NCBI GenBank assembly: GCA_051294375.1
Contig: CM119263.1
Location: 25,634,436 to 25,698,435 of the forward strand
Length of the DNA: 64,000 bases
From: Paraspadella gotoi
Lineage: Eukaryota; Animalia; Chaetognatha
Reading direction: 5' to 3'
Under the pieces are notes generated by a model that worked only from the letters and a program-made list of their open reading frames with translations, was not told the origin of the DNA and did no database searches. Position numbers and translations under genes: made by a program. This document shows, one piece after another, positions 1 to 60,218 of this stretch (position 1 is its first letter; each line of letters starts with the position of its first letter).

Positions 1-558
1 TTTCGTCGTCGTCGTCGTCGTCGTCGATCTCACTGTCATCGTAATTTATTTCGATATCAAAGCCAAAAGGGAATTTTTACAATTTTCGTCATGATCATGT
101 ATAGCTAAAACATATTTTTTTTTATTTCAGAGCGCCAACCGACTGCGACAACAACAAAGACGACAACAACGACGATCGTCGACGTTTTCATTTCCTATTT
201 TTCGATTTGAAATCGCGTGATGTCGAATTCCAGACGAAAACAAAATATCACTTTTTTTTTGTGAACGCTGTTTTTTCTGCGCTTTCAAAGTCGAATCCTT
301 TCGAGGATTTAAAGTCCGCAACTTTTGTTGTTTCTTTTTACTCATTCGTATTCGAATATAAAACGCCGCAGATGTCGCCTCGGCGTCTGGAAAATCGAAA
401 AAACAAAGATCAACACAGAAAACTTAAATCCAACTTCTCGCGGATAAAAATTTTTAAATATCTGTAATTTTTTTTGTTTTTTTTAATTTTAAGGAAAAAA
501 GTAAAAGTGGAAAAAAGAAAGAGGCCACACAAGCGACTTAACGAATCAGCGGGGATCT

Positions 559-559
<1 letters not shown>

Positions 560-626
<67 letters not shown>

Positions 627-662
627 AGAGAGAGAGAAAGAGAGAAAAAAAAGAGAGAGAGA

Positions 663-713
<51 letters not shown>

Positions 714-778
714 AGAGAAGAGAAACAGAGAGAGAGAGAGAAGCGAGAGAGAGACAGAGAGAGAGAGAGACAGAGAGA
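560..778. repeat. (GA)n microsatellite; representative of dozens of GA/TC tracts in the window
   Basis: Seen directly; other examples at 6143-6255, 14724-14822, 48413-48556, 54874-54995. Confidence 0.98.
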
Positions 779-2773
779 AAAAAACCTGAAAATCTTTTAA
801 TTCAGTTTATCAACAACACGGTGAAAGTGTCCTCGGGTTTATCAAAATATTCTTTTTCTGAGCAAAAATATTATCCCGGTTTATCAATTTTGATCCCGGA
901 CGAGTTTAAAAGCGAACGATTTCTCACAACTCTGTGGTTAAAAGGTTTGAAGTGGTTCCAGGTTTTTACCCGGAGGTAAAACTCAAAATCCCAAGGTTTT
1001 TTACCAACTGCAAAATTGAAGCGTTCCCCAGTTTTTTTTTCTAATACCGGACATAGAAGGGTTAAACAGCCTGAATCTAAGGCTCTTCCAACTGAAGAAA
1101 CTCAAGAAACAAAAGGGACTTTCAACGCCAAAAAAAAGTGTCTCTGGACGCCACCTACAAAGTTTCGTCCTTTTTTTTTAAACAAACAATACAATTTTTT
1201 TTCGTCAACGACTTTTCCTCGATTCACCGAATCTCATCTCGGCTCAGCTCTCTTAAATCTCTTCTCATGTCATTTATTTTGTTCATCTCAATTTTATTCC
1301 CATCTTATTCACATCTCATCCGAATCTCATCCTGAATTTTATCTCCGTCCCACGTCTACGATCCTCGGAATCGAAAATTTCAAAATTGTTACTCGTTCGC
1401 CAATCTCGGTGTTCACTGAACACTGTTCAGTGTTTACTGAACCCTGTTCGGCGGTTTCTTGGACGATTTGTTCTCAGTTCTTCTCTCTCTTCGTTTCCCT
1501 TCGACAATCTCACTATTTTAATCTTTTCGCTTCTCTTTTCTGTTCACTGTTCCATCGGCTGATTTTTTTTTCCTGGTGGTTCAATTCTGCTCGAGGTTTT
1601 AACACTTTTTTTTTCATTCCGGGTCGCGATTAATCGCTATTAATCGCTATTAATGGCGGTTAATCGTGATTAATCGATGTCGAAATTAATTTCCGTCCTT
1701 TTTTTTCTTCAGTTTGTTTTCCTTTTTTTCTTCCTTTTTTAATTATTCGTTCTTTAAAGAGTCATTTTTTCCCTAAATGTTAAAATCCTTTGGCAACAAA
1801 ACTTCAACTGGTTCGATTAGATCTTATTGGTTCGTCGTTGTTATTCTTGGTTTTATACATATATGAATTTAAGAAGAACGACGGGTCCTTATACTTTGCA
1901 ACCACCTGCAATTCTTGCTTGGATAACTTCGTTTTTATCGTCGTCGTCGTCGTCGACATCATTGGCGTCGTCGTCGTCTTCTTCATCGTCGTTAACATCG
2001 TCGTTCGACGTCAAACAGTTAAAACTGCGTGATTTTCTTTTAACGACTCCGTAAATGGCGGAGACTATTTTAGGCTGCGTCGTTGTTGTCGTCTTAATTC
2101 GTTGAAACTAATGCAGTCGCCGTCCGCTTTTGTCGTTGTTGTTGTCATTGTCACGGTCGTCGTTGAGGTAAACGGTCGATTTTCCGCGTTCGCCTCCTGG
2201 TGGCGGAAGGGGGAGGCAGGGGGGGGCGGGCTTCGAATGTATCGTGGGCGAAGGTTTTTCTTGTTTGTCTTCGTCGCTGTATCGAAGCTAGAAATTTCCT
2301 CGATAGGAGTTTTTTTTTTTTTTCTAGCTTATTTTTTTTTACTAAGTATTGTATTGTTGTTGTTGCCTCGAAAAAAATTAAGGATTTGCGTCAAACTTCG
2401 GATCCAAACTAATTTTTTAGTTTTCAGGATTTTAATTCTCTAGTTCTTCGACTTATATATCCCTTAATAAATTAATTTAGAAAAAAAATCGGAAAATTTA
2501 AAAAAAAAATGGTAGTAAAAATCGAAGTGAATTGAGCTCTCTGCTGGGCTCGGGCCCCCCCGTGGAAGCCCTCGGAAAACGCGCGGGCGAGAACTCGTTT
2601 TCGCTTCGAGTCGATCCCTCGGACGTCGTTGGATCGTCGTAGATCGCCTTGAGTTCGCCGTAAATCGTCATTGGATCCGGGGATATCGAGGTTTGATCGC
2701 CGTAGATTTTCCTTCCTATCGTCGTTAGATCGTCGCTCCTCATTAATCTTCCTTTGCTTAATCACATTCCTAT

Positions 2774-2812
<39 letters not shown>

Positions 2813-3127
2813 ACGACGACGATGCATCGGATGATGTAGTCCTCATCTCTACAGTCGAAGGTAACAGGAAAACACACAAGTATCCCCACACACAGACTTT
2901 GCGCACAAACACGAGCTTTTACCCTTTTTCACACCCAAAGTCAACAAAATAACTACTTTTTTTCAATAAACAATAAACATACGTCTATATAAATGCATGC
3001 CATTCATATATTTTTCATCGTTATTGAAAACCATTGCTTTCCAGTCCAGCATATATTCCAACGCGCTTCAGAATGTTCCTTTGTTTTGAAGGGAATTAGC
3101 GCCGCCGAGCAATACACTAAATCACTT

Positions 3128-3160
3128 CCGCCTGACGTCGCGCGAAATGGCGGGAAAATC
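3128..3160. promoter_or_regulatory. Cluster of promoter-like motifs (TGACGTC, AAATGGCG, GGCGGGAAA)
   Basis: ccgcctgacgtcgcgcgaaatggcgggaaaa resembles CRE, YY1 and E2F consensus sites; motif match only. Confidence 0.3.
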
Positions 3161-3800
3161 CTAATCTTTCGTTTTCGCTCTTTTACGCCCGCATGATACT
3201 TTTTTTTAAATTTTTGCACGACGACGGATATTTCGAATCTCTTATTTATAAATTATTTTAAAAAGAATTATTTTTCTGAACCTAAAAAGTCTTTGTGATG
3301 GAATTTCGCTGGCGGCAACGAACTCGTTTTTCGTTTCCTCGCTTCTCTTTGTTTTCGATTCTGCCCAGAGGCGAACGGCTCCTTCACGCTTCCTCGAGTC
3401 CGAGCCGTTGCCATGACGATAAATGAGTCCGTAACACCGTCGGTAGTCACTACAACAACGACGGCATCGTAACAAAGGACATAAACAACATCGTTATGAA
3501 CAAAACTATTATAAACCTGGACAACAAATTTTGATAACAACGACGATAATTAAACAACAACAATAACGACGGCTACAATGGCATTGGTACTGAACTCACT
3601 CTTAAGTCATAACGGAAAGTCCATTTTATCTCATCTCTCACGAATCGACTCCTGTCCTCTTCTCATTCACTTCTTCACGATCTCAAATATCCTCGATCGC
3701 CAACCAAACTCACCAGTCACCAGACTAAGCGTTCAAAACTAGTTGCTAGTTGCTATTAAACAGTGAACACTTTCCGAAATTTTTCCCATTCACGAATCAA

Positions 3801-3848
<48 letters not shown>

Positions 3849-6166
3849 ACAAATGAATTGTTACTTCTCCTTAACAATCGTACATACTCAAGTGGCTACA
3901 GTCATTACTTAATTATAAAAAAACTTATTTATCCTCAACAAAATTCCACTAAATATGGCGCGAATTCTGATGACCTGAGATCCACTCACTCCTTCTCTGT
4001 CCCACTTCCTCCTCCTTCCTCCATCCCTTCCCCCCCCCCCTCCGCCGCACGAGAACTTCACTGCCCTCGACCTTGATGTAAATCGAGAGATGACGACCAT
4101 GAAATTCAAATTCTCCTCAATTTTCATTTTTTACTCTTTTTTTTTCAATCCCGAATTTTGGATAAAATCGACGAAAAACTATTTTATTATTTATCGTCGA
4201 AAAGAAAAACGGAAGATGACGAAATAGTTGAATTTTGAAACACAATTTTTTTTTCGCGAAATGTTGAGCGGAGATGGAATGAGTTCGAAGTCATAACTCA
4301 AAACATGAAAAAAAAAGTCTTTTGACGAAAATTTCGGTCAATTTGGCGTCTGTCGTCTCGACAAACCGTTGACCTCGAAACTCGAAAAGGTCAAAAACGA
4401 AAAAAAAAAGAAGAAAAAAAAAGGAAAAAAGGAAAAAAATCTCTGAAGCCAAAAAAAGATTCGTCGCGTTTTTCCTCACGAAGGAAAAAAGGAAAAAATA
4501 TATGAAGAAAAAAGAGACGGAAAGAAAAAAGAAAAAAAAAACAGTTGAAAAAAAGGAAACTTACAGCTTAAAAAAAAAGGGAATTAACATTATGTTGTGC
4601 AATTCTCTCGTTAAGGGACTCCATGAAAGAAAAAGACAATTAATGCGGATGAAAACGACAACAATAACAACAAAAGACACTGATTCACATCGAAGACGCT
4701 CATCGAGAAAAATTTGCATCGGACTCTCTTTCCTTCTGTTCTTTTCTTCCTGTTCTTCCACTTCCTCTCTTGTCTCACAATTCCTCCCTCTTTTCTTTCC
4801 TCTTCTCCCACTTCCTCTCTTTTCTTACAATTCCTCCCTTTTCTCTCTCGTTTCTTTCCTCTTCTCCCACTTCCTCTCTCACAATTCCTCCCTCGTTTTT
4901 CTCTTTTCTTTCCATTTCTTTCACTTCCTTCCTCAATTCCTCTACTCAGTCTTGTTTTCCCTTTTCTCCCACTACCCTCCTCTCTTTCTACGTCAGCTCT
5001 TATCTCGTGTCTCTCATCCTTCCTTTTCTTTACTCTCTTCTCTCTCTTTTCGTTATCAACCTCTCTCTTTTCTCTTCCTATCTCTTTTTCTTCTCATCCT
5101 TTCTCTTTTCTCTTCCTTTCTCTCGCTCTCACTCCCAGCTTCCGTCTGTCTTTTCCCACATTGCGATCCAATAAGAAAAACAAAGCGGGTTTTGAATACA
5201 AGGATATTTACCAAAAAAATGCAATAGATTAGCATTTGAATTTTCATTTGAATCATAATCATGCAAATTGATGGAAAACGTGTGCTAGATTTTTTTAAAA
5301 GTAATATTAATATTAAATGATAGATAAAAAAATAATAAAAATATATTATAAAAAATAAAAGAGACACTTCGATTTGTTCCTCGACGAGAGACGACGATCT
5401 GACGGCGATGAACTTTTGCCATCACGTCGTCGCGGTTTTGACCACGTGACTTTGATGGTCCGCAAGTTCACTCAGAGTGGTCAGCCTAAAGCATCGGTAT
5501 TGCAATCGCAATGTTTTCATCCCCGATTAAACTCTACAATTTCTCGTTATCGAAAAGTTTCTTTTCTACCCATTTCTGGCCTTGAGGTCAAAATAATCGG
5601 TCATTGGATCGAATTCGTTTCGACGGATGATGTTAATGCTGCGTTTATTCGTCATGATTACCTCGAGTTTTATCACGTGACCAACCAGATCACGCGACCC
5701 CAACTCTCCTCGCACAAGTCATCATTTTCATCGTCATCATCCTCGCTTTCTTCTTTCCACCGCCCCCCCTCCGTTTCGTTATTGCTCCCTTCTTCCTCTT
5801 CTCTCCGTCTCCTTTTGCATTTTCCTCCTCCCCTTTCCTCCTCCTCCTCCTCCTATTCACCTTCCTCCTCTTCTTCGCCTTCCTCCTCCTCTTCCTCCCC
5901 CTTCCTCCTCCTCCTCCGCACCATAGATCTCTGTCCCGCGTAAAACTCTTACTCTTTATTCACTGCTTCCTCGGGAATGTCTCCACGGTTTTCCTCACTT
6001 CCTCTTCCTCCTCGCTCAGCATTCGCTCATCCTCCCCCCCAAACACCATTCGTCGTTTTCATCCTCCAATGCTTTTTCGTGCTTCGGAAAAAATGGACAC
6101 GATTCGTGAAAGGAGACTTTCTCTCTTCGCGTATTCGGCTTGCTCTCTCTCTCTCTCTCTCTCTCT

Positions 6167-6259
<93 letters not shown>

Positions 6260-7048
6260 CATTTTCCTGTTGACTTTTCCGACCCAAAACGACCAACCGG
6301 AAAGGTACGACGAAACAAAAAAAAAGTCAACAAACAAAATTCTCCGCAACAAAAAGTAAACATCAACTGAAGACTAATAAGCGAAGTCAAACAAATCAAC
6401 TCCTAATGTTTAAACTTTAAAATAAAAAAAGATCGAATATTTTCAAGAACTAACAAGAAATTAAACAAGAACGAATAGAGATATAGACGAATGAAACCAA
6501 CTCTGTTGTAATCGCATCGGATTCGCATTGAGATTGACAAACCGAAGATATATCTCCCCTCGAATCTAATGGTGGGCGAATCTCCTGTTTTTCTCGTTAA
6601 ATGCCAGAGACAACAAAACGGAAAAAAATAGAACAAAAAACAGAACAAATAGAACAAATCGGATCGGAAGAGTCAATTACGATCCGGAATAAAAATGGAA
6701 AATAGAAAATCGATCGAATGTCAATTTTCTCCTTTTCTTCTTTTCATTTCGAAACGTTTTTTTATTTTACTTTTTATTAAATTACTAAAAAAGTAAACAA
6801 TAACCTATACATAATTTAGTTCTAAACTTGAAAGTTCAACTTTTTTTATGTTATTTTTTTTTCACTTCCTTATTGGGAGTGAAAAAGAATATTAGATTAC
6901 GCACTTCACCAGTAAATAACGGTTTGAGGAATCTAAGAAAGTGAGCTGAAAAACGTGAAATTAAGAAACGGAAGCAAAGATAATCTTTGTTTTCCTATCA
7001 CATTGATCATCAATCCAATACGTCTTGTGATTTCTTGATTGTCATTCT

Positions 7049-7086
<38 letters not shown>

Positions 7087-7171
7087 CACAACGAGCTTCC
7101 ACTCGCTTTTATTTCCGCTCAGTCCCCTTCGCTCTCCATAACTCCGCCTCTAATCACGGACTCTTTCTCTC

Positions 7172-7255
<84 letters not shown>

Positions 7256-8394
7256 CTTCCGGATCAATCTCCAACGACTATTATCTCGATTCCTCACAAA
7301 ATCACGAGATTCGAACGAAAGACGACGTCCATTGTTGTTGTTGTTGTCGCTCGTGACTCGTCATTTGTGGCGATGCCATTTTCAACGATGCCATCGCCGT
7401 CTTCTGTCTCCATTCGTTTTCATTTTTCTCTCTTACGAAGTCAATCGACGATGCAGACTCGTTGCCATCCCATTGACCCGACCACGACCCGGAGTCTACC
7501 GCCCCCTACCATCCACAAAAAGGCCATCTCCGACCCAAACACCTCAAACCCAAAACCTTTCAGATCACGTGATCATCACCCTGACGAGGATAAACGAGAC
7601 GACGATCAAAAATTATGCGAATCCATTTTTTTTCTTCTTTCGAATATTTATTTTTACTTTGAGATCTTTTGTTTCCTGCAACATTCGAACGTTGCCCATG
7701 GGCTCGTCCCGATCGACGGCTTCCCTGATCTACAAGCTGCTTGATGATCTCGCCCAAGCTCGCAGACGCTTCACCCAAATCCATTGCACTAACTGGGGCC
7801 TCCCGCTCTCTTCTAACCCGGGGGATTTACGTCGGTAGTTCGTTTTAAATTTGATCCGAAAAAGAATTGAATAAAAATAATTTTAGCGCGAAAAATTAAA
7901 ACGAATACAAATTGTAAAAAGTCGATTAGCAAGTTCGCGCCAAATTAATAAATTAAAAATTCTTATATTTTCTGGAACACCAACAACTTTTTTTTTAAAT
8001 TTCTGATAAACACGAAAACTTTTGATTCGGTCGTATGTACACTTTTTTTTCCTAACTTTTATCAGTTAATACTTTTTCCTTCGTTTTTTCTCAGATTTTT
8101 AGTCGGGTCTGCTTATCAGCAGATTCCGACTCTATAATCCACTTTATCGGTCGATCGGTGCGCCCCTTCAATAATGTCAGAACATCGAACTATTATAAAT
8201 TATTAAAAAAATGATGTCCGTCCGTCCGTCCGTCAGCGCATGTCCAGGAACAAGATAGCTAATTCATTATATAAATGAATTTTAATATTAGTTGTATCTA
8301 TTTTATTTAGGAAAAAACCACCAAAATGGGTTTTCACAATCTGCTTTCTTATTCACTCACTCTCATACAATTGAAACATTCTTTTAAATATTTT

Positions 8395-8610
8395 ACCACT
8401 TCATTGATAAGGAAGCCAGGTTCACTAGGAGTGAATAAACAATACTGTGAGAGAGTCTTGATTGAAAGCTTGCAGAAACCTGCTATGTTATTATCTTGTA
8501 AGTGTGATGGAGGCCTTAAATCACTAAAGCCTGTCCAAAGTCAGGGACAAGATAGCTTATTTATTAAATGAATGGATAATTTTTATATTGGTTGTACCAA
8601 TTTCATACAC
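8395..8610 (+). repeat. Dispersed ~210-bp repeat family
   Basis: Core ttgaaagcttgcag..cttgtaag.gt.atggaggccttaa..aaagcctgtccaaagtcaggg..ttattaaatgaatgga..ttggttgtaccaattt recurs at ~47545-47715, 53930-54135 and 56575-56780; partial copies at ~59965-60040 and inverted at ~40530-40575. Confidence 0.85.
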
Positions 8611-9429
8611 AATTTTCGAGAATGTAAGCGTGAAATTTTTTAATCCAACCTTTTTCGAAGATATTCAATTTTAATAATTGCTAAATATTTTTATTTGAAT
8701 TGATATAAAATAAATTCATCATATACAATATATTAGATTATATTTTTTATATTGTCTTATATTAGATATAATTAGTTCCCGCCGGTCAGTAAAATGACTC
8801 CCTTTTTAAGAATATCTTCATCACCTTGGCGGGCGTTGGTTGCCCGCTGTAATCTCAGCCATAAGGGAGAGTACGTTGCAGGACGGAGGGATATTCCCAA
8901 GTTCAGGTATTCTGTGAATGTCATCTGCAGGATATCCGCCATCGACCCAATCTAACATCTAAGTCAAATTGGGGAAAGCGGTGCGCAAAAAATGAAAAAT
9001 GACATCCGAAGTGTACAACAAAGAGTTACATCCAAAAACGTTGTATGCCGCATTCCATGATAGAAGGGCACCATGGAATGTACTGACCTCGGGTCATGGT
9101 GTCTTGGGAATTCGGGTTAGAGGGTTACATAGGGCGGTCAAATGGTATTCCAAACCTGCTCCACTATTTTTTATTTATTTATTTTTTTTTTGCAATATTT
9201 CTGATTTATTTTTTTCTATAAAAACGAACTAAATTTTTTTCTTGGCATACATTTTTTGAGGAAACGAAATTAACTCTTTCAGTCAAATTTTATAGTTCTT
9301 TTAATCTATGTCTAATTTCCTTTGTCAGTCCGTCGGTCCCACCCCAAAATATTGTCGTTAATTCACCTACATCATCTCAAAATATCGAATATCGAATATC
9401 GAATATCGAACTATGCAAAAAATTTTATG

Positions 9430-9515
9430 TCCGACCGTCCGTCCGTCCGTCCGTCCGTCCGTCCGTCCGTCCGTCCGACCGACCGACCGACTGACCGACC
9501 GTCCGTCCGTCCGTC
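9430..9515. repeat. (CCGT)n/(CCGA)n tetranucleotide tract within the dispersed element
   Basis: Seen directly. Confidence 0.95.
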
Positions 9516-12500
9516 CCCCGTAATCTTTACTCATTAATGAATCGGGAGATTGACTGGAAATTTTGTATGAGAGTAGAAAAGTGAGCAAGAAATAAAGTTT
9601 CGATGGAATCGTCCAAGTGGAAATGAGTTAAAATGGAAAAAAACAAAAAATCCATTTCACTATTCTTTTTAATTGACTATTTATTTGATTATGTTTTTTT
9701 TTCTTTTTAATCCTGCGATGATATTAAATGTAAATTCAAGCTGCATCAATTCATTATTTATAAATTAGTAATTAACTAATTAATTATTAATTGTTTTGTA
9801 ATTAATTAATTTGGTTCTCGAGATTTTTATTTTGTGATTGAAAGGCGTATAAAAAAATATATTATTATTAATTACTTAATTTTTTAATTAATTAATTATC
9901 TAATTAGCAGCCTACCGCTAATGATCTTGGGCAGATCCGGAATTGTTTTCTCAAACTTGTTTTCTGTAATTTTTAAACAACTTTTTTTCTCTTTTATCTT
10001 TCTCAGTTTCCCTTTTTTTTCTCGACCTTCGATCTTATCGGATTTCGCGACTCACGTTTTGTTTTCTTTACCAAGAATTAAATCTTTTTTTTTCTTTTTT
10101 TTTTTTTTGGTTAAATTTATTGATTCTTTTATTCTTTTATATTTTTCTCTATTTCTCTTTTCTGTCTAAGACGCCTCGGCCCTTTTTTTCTTTCTCGCTT
10201 AGATTATTTTTTTCCTTTTTTCTCATTGCTTCGACGAATAAATAAAAAAAAAAAAACTAAATCATTAATCACGAATTCGAATTAAATTTAAAAAAAAAAA
10301 TTTGTTTTGAAGTTTAAAATTTGAAAAAAAACAAATTGTCGATTTGAGGAAGCGACTCTTGTCCATTGTTTTCCCTTCAGTCTCACAAATTTCACTTTCA
10401 ACCACAGAATTGCGATTGTCATTCAAAAAGCTTCTTTCACCATCACGAACTATAACGCAGCCGCCCTTTACTCTTGTAGTCGTTGAGATTTGATCTCAAA
10501 AAACAAAAACGACGACGACGACGACGACGATTAGCAAAGAGTTGAAAACTCGGTGACCTCAACGACGATGTCGACGAAGAACTGGATGGCGAAGTCGACA
10601 ATGATTAACTGATCGCGGATGACGACGACGATGGCGATGACAGCAATTGCGACGAAGACGACCATGATCATGATGACCACGACCATCGAAAGAGGAAGAT
10701 GACGATGACGACGATGAAAACGACGACGACGACGACGACGAATGTCTAACCTTTATAACGAAAACCGCGGGGATTCATTTCTCATTCTCTCATTTACTAC
10801 AACCACCTCGAAGTCTTCGTTGATTGCCCACATTCTCACAAACAAAATTGAACATTTATGTCACATGCCTCTTTTTCGATACGTTCACAACGAACTTATT
10901 CTTCTTTACTTTGAGCTTAAACTCACAAAAACTTTTTTTTTCTTTTTAAAATTTAAGCTCTCGCTTAACTTCTTCTTATCGCTTTAAAGTTTAAACGCCA
11001 ACCCTCAAAAATCAACATATTTTTAACTTTCCCGTGAAAAGCGACTTTTCACTCACGTTCGCTCTCACCGCTTTCACGAAAACAATGCCCGGCGTCTGGC
11101 AAATCTTCGACTATCTCGATCATAAAATACCTTCACCGAAAACCACCCTACTCTCACAAAACCCCCTTCCTCACCGATAACCACCACCGCGTGTCGAGCG
11201 ACCACTTTTTGCGTTTCGACCGAGGGATCGAAAAATAAGTCGAAGCACCGATCGGCGACTTTGGAGATCGAAACTCAACCGGGAAAATTTGAATTTTTTT
11301 AAAAAAGACAAGAACATCACAATCGCACGTCCAGTTTTTTTTTTTTTTTTTTCAAATGAATTTAGGTATCTTTTTTTAAAAATTTTAATGTTAAATTTTA
11401 ATTCTTATCATAGACGAGAAGGCGAGAGAGTCAGAATTTCAGTCGATTATTTCACAGATGGAANNNNNNNNNNTGTTTTCTGCATTACAATTGCCTCTTT
11501 TACAATAGCAAAATATCTGTACAAATAGTGATTTTTTTTAAAAGACTAAAGTTGAGCCCAAAAAAATGATAGAATAGGAAATACTTATAAATTATTTTTT
11601 TGTTAAACCCTTAAACTGGTTTCTTATCGACAAGTTCGGAACGTAGAACGAAAAAAACAATTCAAACAGAAAGACCAAAAAAGGTTGAGTTGATCAAACA
11701 AATTTTAAATTGCTCTCTATCGCTCTCTCACTCACTCCCTCTCTCTCTTTCTCTATTTTTAGGTTAGAAAAAAAAAGAGGCTACGAAAGGAGCGATGGTA
11801 AGGCGACCTCGCCGCAACTCAATCCGCCCTCTCGCTTAACTAGATTCCGACAAAAATTTAAAAAGAAAACTAATGCAAATTATATGAATATTAAAAAAAA
11901 AAACACAAAAAAACAACTAACGCATTTTAGCTTCGATACGCTCAAACATTTAACAAAACGAAACGAAACGAAATATTTAATCCAAAAAATATAGTATTTC
12001 ACTTCGGGAAAAATAAATTCACAAGCCAGCGTATTAACAAAATAGCAACCATATTAATTGCAAGGACTAAAGATACCATCGATTCGATCGGTCAACTGTG
12101 CACAAAAAGCGCTACCGAAAAAATATTCTCATTTAATAAATCGATACGAAAAGAGAATAAAAAAAGAAAGAGCGAAAATAAAAAAAGAAGAAAAAAGAAA
12201 AGTGGTTTCGCGCCGGAGAAAGTGACCCAAGTTTGAACCTGAAAAAAAAAATTCGTCGTCGAATTAAAAAAAAAAAGTCGAAATTTTTCGCGAAGAAGAA
12301 GAAGAAAAGCTTCGAACTGAGAAGTGAAACGAAAGTAAAAACGTGAAAAATTAGTAAGAAAAAAAAACCATTTTGTGAAAAAAAAGTCAGAGGAAAACGA
12401 AGGGGGAATTTCGGAAGGACGAAAATCGACGTCGCTTCGACTGGAATAAAAAAAAGACAAGTTTTCCGGGTAAGTTTTGATTTTTAAGACGGAATTAGCG

Positions 12501-13505
12501 CTGTGTCACTTAATTTTAAACCTAATATTTGATCCTAATCTTTTACCTAAATCAAAACCCCACGCCTAACCCTAACCATTAACTTAATTTTTAAACTTAA
12601 AAACTAACTTAATTCCGAATTTTAGATTGAATGGGGGGTTTTTGGAAAATAATGCCGAGATGGCTCAGCTTAAAATTATCAAGGGTATAAATAAAATGAC
12701 AAGAGAGTAAGCAAGGGTTTTTAATTCATAGTGCAGTTATAAACTTGAGCCCGAACTAAATTCGTGGCGTGGGTTAGAATCCGTGACGTGAATGTGACTT
12801 GTGACGCCCTTTTTAAAAATTCATGGCGTGAGCTTGATTCATTGGCTGTCGAGTTTACATAATCACATCGTGAAATACGGAGTTGTTCGTTTAAAGCGAT
12901 AAATTGTTTTAAATCGGGCACTGAACTTTAGGTATAGTGAGAAACGGACGGTGCATCTCCTTTTCATGTCTGAATCCGCTGCTTGTTAAATCCGGTTCGA
13001 TAATTCCTTTTTCCTGGTAAAGAACAGCGAGTAACTCGGGGAATTTCGAATTTAGATAATCGAATCTCGTAAAAACCGACGTCGAGAGAGTTCGCTTTTT
13101 TTTCAAAAATATATCGATTCTCGTTAAAAGCGAACTCCTCCCTCGTCTCACTGCGAGCGATCCCTATCTTGGTCCCTCCACTTTAAAAAAGAAAAAAAAA
13201 TTTTCACCGCCCTTCCCATCGGTTATTTATATTCTGAGAGTTTAACACTTAATTCCAATTAATTTTCTCTTTTTTTTTTTTTTCGTCACAGATTAAAAAA
13301 AAGGAAACTTGGATCGAGGGCCTCATCGTCGTCGCACGTCGCGTCCACGAAACAACATGAGCTAAAAAAAATCCAAATCCCCGGATGTAAAAAGGATATA
13401 TACAGAATTTCTAAATTTCCGGATATAATAAGGAAAAAAAAATCTTAATTCCCCGGATGTAATATAAAAACCCCTCGACGCGACACGATCCCATTTATCA
13501 TCGTC

Positions 13506-59007
<45,502 letters not shown>

Positions 59008-60218
59008 TTCTTTTATTATTATTTTTGGATATTATGTAAAATCTAATTATTAATCTTACGATCATGCGATAAAATATATCTAATGATCTATCCGTTGTAC
59101 GGATCCTACAATCCGGTATCNNNNNNNNNNNNNNNNNNNNNNNNNAAAAAAAAAAAAAATTAGTCATCATATCCTCGTTATGCGCTGCCAATTTGGGAAT
59201 AATTATGTGTTGACCGAGCTTATCGTCTTAATATTTGTCGATTCACTTATAATGCCAGGTCTATTTTTTCCCTGTCTTTCTCTCGTATAACTAAGGTGAA
59301 TGATATATTTATATCGATTACTGTACATAAACTATATTTTTTTTTCTCCGCAACGGCTGAATTGCTTGAATCACCACAATTAAACTGCGCTGGGTCAAAA
59401 AAAACATAAAGCCAGACATTTATATATAATTTTTTTTGTTACCAGTAATACGTTTTCGCATTTAAAAACGCAGACTATATATATTTAATACGAATTAATT
59501 TGCCATCTGATTGCATAATTAAAAATTAATTCTCGACGGAGAAGCGAGAATCCTCTCTCTCAGAATGTATTTCTTTTTTTTCTTTTTTTCCGCAGCATTT
59601 TTTTCACTGTGTATCATTTCATGTCTTTTCTCTCTTCATCGTCTCCTTTTACTTGTGGTCAAAAATAAAAAAAATTAAAAAAATTAAAAAAAACCAAAGA
59701 AATTCTCTGGTCTTGTTTTCGAATTTATAAAGAGCAGAAACGACCGGAAATTAGTGAAACAAAATTGTGTGAAATTTGTGAACTAAATGAGAAAGAATAT
59801 TTGAGGCAATTACGAGACGCGAATTTATGCACGAGTTTAACTGAAGTGAATTAAGAATTAGGACCTCATTACTGAAAAAACCACACGTTTCCTGGGAAAA
59901 CTCCAACTCACTATTTCAGACGAGGGCGTAATGAAAAAAGTATTTACGAAAGAACAACGAAGCCAAAGTCCAAAGTCTAGGGCAAGATAGCTTATTTATT
60001 TATTAAATAAATGAAAAATTCTATATTGACTTTACCGATTTCAGAGTGAAGATGGAGACAGAATTGTGAAGAGAATTTATTAAGTTTCTAACATTGATAA
60101 TGTAAATGATACAGCCACTGAACGTTGGTTTATTCAAAACTATTTAGATCTCTACGAACTTTAAAGCATTATTAAATACTAGTTTCCAAATCAATGCATC
60201 CGATACCGATTGCATACC

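Noticed and set aside
2560-2745. Minus-strand ORF with repeated DLRRSND peptides
   Set aside because: A degenerate gatcgccgta-type repeat continuing into a (GA)n tract; no splice or homology support
8826-8900. Resemblance to the 7SL/Alu 5' end (gcgggcgttggttgcccgctgtaatctcagc)
   Set aside because: Similarity stops after ~35 nt and no SRP S-domain is visible; only a short hairpin remains
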